Virus record (IMG/VR): IMGVR_UViG_2721755643_000003
Location: 1 to 38,533 of that record
DNA: 38,533 bases
Direction: 5' to 3' (one strand)
DNA from: a virus
Taxonomy: Duplodnaviria > Heunggongvirae > Uroviricota > Caudoviricetes
A program made the position numbers and the translations under genes. Shown here piece by piece: positions 37,043 through 38,533 of this stretch. Below the pieces are notes generated by a model that was given only the letters and a program-made list of their open reading frames with translations, was not told the DNA's origin and ran no database searches. Position 1 is the first letter of the stretch, and the number at the start of each line of letters is the position of its first letter.

Positions 37043-37247
37043 TAGATCGTTGTTGGAGAAATCAATTATGGCAAAAGCTTGCTTTAACGACTTTGAAAGA
37101 AATAAAAAAGATAAATTAAGCGAGCTGACAAAGGTGAGATAAGGGGGAGTGCAACTAGTAATGTAAAAAATGGTGTGAGTTACTTGTCATAGTCTTAAAG
37201 TGAAGTAATTCCTTGTTCACTAGGAAGTTCAAAGAGGTAAATGAATT

Positions 37248-37505
37248 ATGGTAACTAATCCGCAAATTCCATTGACTGGCTTATATGTATCCAAAGTTAA
37301 TCCATCTAATCGTATAGTTGTTACTGATGTTCATATTGTTTAGGATGATGACGATGAGCCAGGAGAGCTTCCTTTCTATTTGGTTACTTTTGTAAATGAG
37401 GGGGATGAGGATGATATGTTGGCTCCTTCTTGGGAGCTAGATCCTGAGGAATGGGAGCAGTTAGTTGATGAAGAGCGCTTTATGCGCGTGGAGCAACCAT
37501 CTTAA
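37248..37505 (+). pseudogene. Small acidic ORF interrupted by an in-frame TAG (nonsense-disrupted gene or readthrough candidate)
   Basis: MVTNPQIPLTGLYVSKVNPSNRIVVTDVHIV-TAG-DDDDEPGELPFYLVTFVNEGDEDDMLAPSWELDPEEWEQLVDEERFMRVEQPS; the frame stays open through the amber at 37341-37343 to a TAA at 37503-37505; AAGAGG upstream. Confidence 0.35.
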
Positions 37506-37531
37506 TTTATCCTTGGTGTGCACTTTTTAAG

Positions 37532-38533
37532 ATGTCTGTTCGTAAATTACCTACTGGCAAATGGCTCTGTGAATGCTACCCCTACGGAGCAGCAGGAAAA
37601 CGCATTCGTAAACAGTTTGTTACTAAGGGTGAGGCGCTCTCTTATGAGCGCCGTTTAATGAACAGTAATTTGGGGAGCGAGTTTCAGGATGGTTCTGGCC
37701 CCCGCCTTTCCGAGTTGGTTGCTCGCTGGTTTGAGATGTACGGTAAGACACTGTCTTCCGGTGAAGAGCGAAGGGCTAAACTTGAGGCGATTTGCTCCCG
37801 GTTGGGGGATCCGCTTGCTTCTCAATTTGATAAAAACATGTTTGCCACCTACAGGGAACGGCGATTATCAGGTGAATGGAATCCAAAGGGGAAGAGGAAG
37901 CTTAGCGAAGCAACCGTTAATCGTGAGCAGTCATATCTACATGCTGTTTTTGCCGAACTGAAGCGCCTTGGGGAGTGGTCTGGTGAAAACCCCTTAACTG
38001 GCATTCGCAAATTTCGTGAGGAAGAAAAGGAACTGGCGTTTCTGTATGTAGATGAGATTGAACGCCTTCTGATTGCGTGTGATGAGTCACGGAATAAAGA
38101 TTTGGGGGTTGTTGTCCGTATTGGGCTTGCGACTGGTGCTCGGTGGAGTGAAGCAGAAGGATTAAAGCAATCTCAAGTACTGCCCGGTCGAATCACATTT
38201 GTTAAAACTAAAGGAAAGAAGAACCGCACTGTACCGATTTCACCTCAATTGCAGGCTATGCTTCCTAAAAAACGAGGAGCGCTATTTTCACCATGTTATG
38301 AGGCTTTTGACGCTGCAATTAAGAGAGCGAAGATCGAGCTTCCTGATGGGCAATTAACTCATGTGCTACGTCACACGTTTGCCAGTCATTTTATGATGCG
38401 GGGCGGAAATATTCTTGTGTTGCAAAAAATACTGGGGCATAGCGATATAAAAATGACTATGCGTTATGCGCATTTTGCTCCAGGTCATTTAGAGGCTGCT
38501 GTTGAATTGAACCCTTTTGACAATAGAGGGTAA
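37532..38533 (+). CDS. Tyrosine integrase (P2-family)
   Basis: 333 aa; ATGARWSEA, RITFVKTKGKKNRTVPIS and LRHTFASHFMMRGGNILVLQKILGHSDIKMTMRYAHFAPGHL align with remembered P2 Int motifs (catalytic R...H-x-x-R...Y); its stop is the last codon of the window. Confidence 0.9.
   Translation: MSVRKLPTGKWLCECYPYGAAGKRIRKQFVTKGEALSYERRLMNSNLGSEFQDGSGPRLSELVARWFEMYGKTLSSGEERRAKLEAICSRLGDPLASQFDKNMFATYRERRLSGEWNPKGKRKLSEATVNREQSYLHAVFAELKRLGEWSGENPLTGIRKFREEEKELAFLYVDEIERLLIACDESRNKDLGVVVRIGLATGARWSEAEGLKQSQVLPGRITFVKTKGKKNRTVPISPQLQAMLPKKRGALFSPCYEAFDAAIKRAKIELPDGQLTHVLRHTFASHFMMRGGNILVLQKILGHSDIKMTMRYAHFAPGHLEAAVELNPFDNRG

Overview
The window holds the host tRNA operon glyW-cysT-leuZ (+ strand, 152-454), about 2 kb of AT-rich accessory flank, and a roughly 36 kb P2-family prophage (about 2.5 kb to the window end) in inverted orientation. 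The flank carries a small secreted Cys-rich protein gene and an unannotated hok/gef-like type I toxin gene. On the - strand the prophage encodes baseplate hub/spike, tail fibre with assembly chaperone, baseplate I/J/W-like proteins, tape measure, a chaperone with a -1 frameshift site, a lysis cassette embedded in the tail operon, tube, sheath, and P2-like L, M, N, O head genes. On the + strand it encodes terminase large subunit, portal and an Ogr-like zinc finger. After these comes a variable cargo hotspot, then the leftward early operon (replication endonuclease A, Dam methyltransferase, small accessory genes, Cox-like and RHH regulators), then the repressor, a repressor-linked membrane protein and a P2-family integrase at the right edge. 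The hotspot holds the most interesting candidate: a translationally coupled HTH-ImmA/IrrE metallopeptidase plus PIN-like nuclease pair, shielded upstream by an IS3-family insertion of 1264 bp. Product calls rest on motifs read by eye and recalled similarity to P2 proteins, with no database search; coordinates I derived by counting bases may be off by 1-2 nt, whereas ORF-track coordinates are exact.
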